Source of the DNA: an uncultured beta proteobacterium
GTDB lineage: Bacteria > Pseudomonadota > Gammaproteobacteria > Burkholderiales > Casimicrobiaceae
NCBI GenBank assembly: GCA_963734085.1
Contig: CAVTFT010000015.1
Location: forward strand, 69,912 to 133,911
Direction of reading: 5' to 3'
Length of the DNA: 64,000 nt
Shown: positions 63,978 through 64,000 of the stretch, in pieces
How positions within the stretch are numbered: the first letter of the stretch is position 1
Layout of the letters: the number at the start of each line of letters is the position of its first letter
Notes under the pieces: generated by a model
Databases searched by the model: none
What the model was told of the DNA's origin: nothing
Seen by the model: the letters and a program-made list of their open reading frames with translations, nothing else
Translations under genes and position numbers: made by a program

Positions 63978-64000
63978 TCAGCCACTTGCGACGCGCAGAA
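63978..64000 (-). CDS. 3' end of a second integrase gene (truncated by window edge)
   Basis: 63876-64000 is identical base for base to 46012-46136, which holds the stop codon and last codons of the island-1 integrase. Confidence 0.6.

Overview
High-GC proteobacterial chromosome segment; gene order resembles a beta-proteobacterium, but I cannot assign a taxon. Positions 1-42,100 are conserved backbone with no frameshifts that I could see: waaF (partial), zinc-finger protein, ilvE, glnE, a YhdP-like giant envelope protein, trxB, ftsK-lolA, a 4.4 kb block of five minus-strand genes, rarA-serS, mltF, ffs-dnaX-ybaB-recR, a Tat-dependent TRAP transporter, maf, the yceD-rpmF-plsX-fabH-fabD-fabG-acpP-fabF cluster, lysC and tRNA-Ser(GCU). 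Accessory DNA follows. (1) A visibly AT-richer, integrase-less islet sits right after tRNA-Ser. It holds an orphan 225-aa protein, a possible 47-aa lipoprotein and a secreted Glu/Lys-repeat protein. (2) A PLD/cardiolipin-synthase-like gene comes next. (3) An island of about 17.8 kb is inserted at tRNA-Arg(ACG). It is bounded by a 44-45 nt repeat of the tRNA 3' half and carries a tyrosine integrase at the tRNA-proximal end. The repeat is followed by sequence identical to the 3' end of that integrase, so a second related island probably starts at the window edge. The left half of island 1 is intact: oxidoreductase, histidine kinase, two response regulators and an unassigned envelope gene cluster. 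From about 55,750 to 63,812 six of seven genes are broken by many frameshifts. No CRISPR array, rRNA or recognisable defence system was seen. The best candidate for something undescribed is the kinase-linked envelope cluster at 52.7-56.2 kb, followed by the tRNA-Ser orphan islet. All calls rest on reading the ORF translations and the DNA by eye. GC statements are visual estimates, and family names come from memory of conserved motifs, not from searches.
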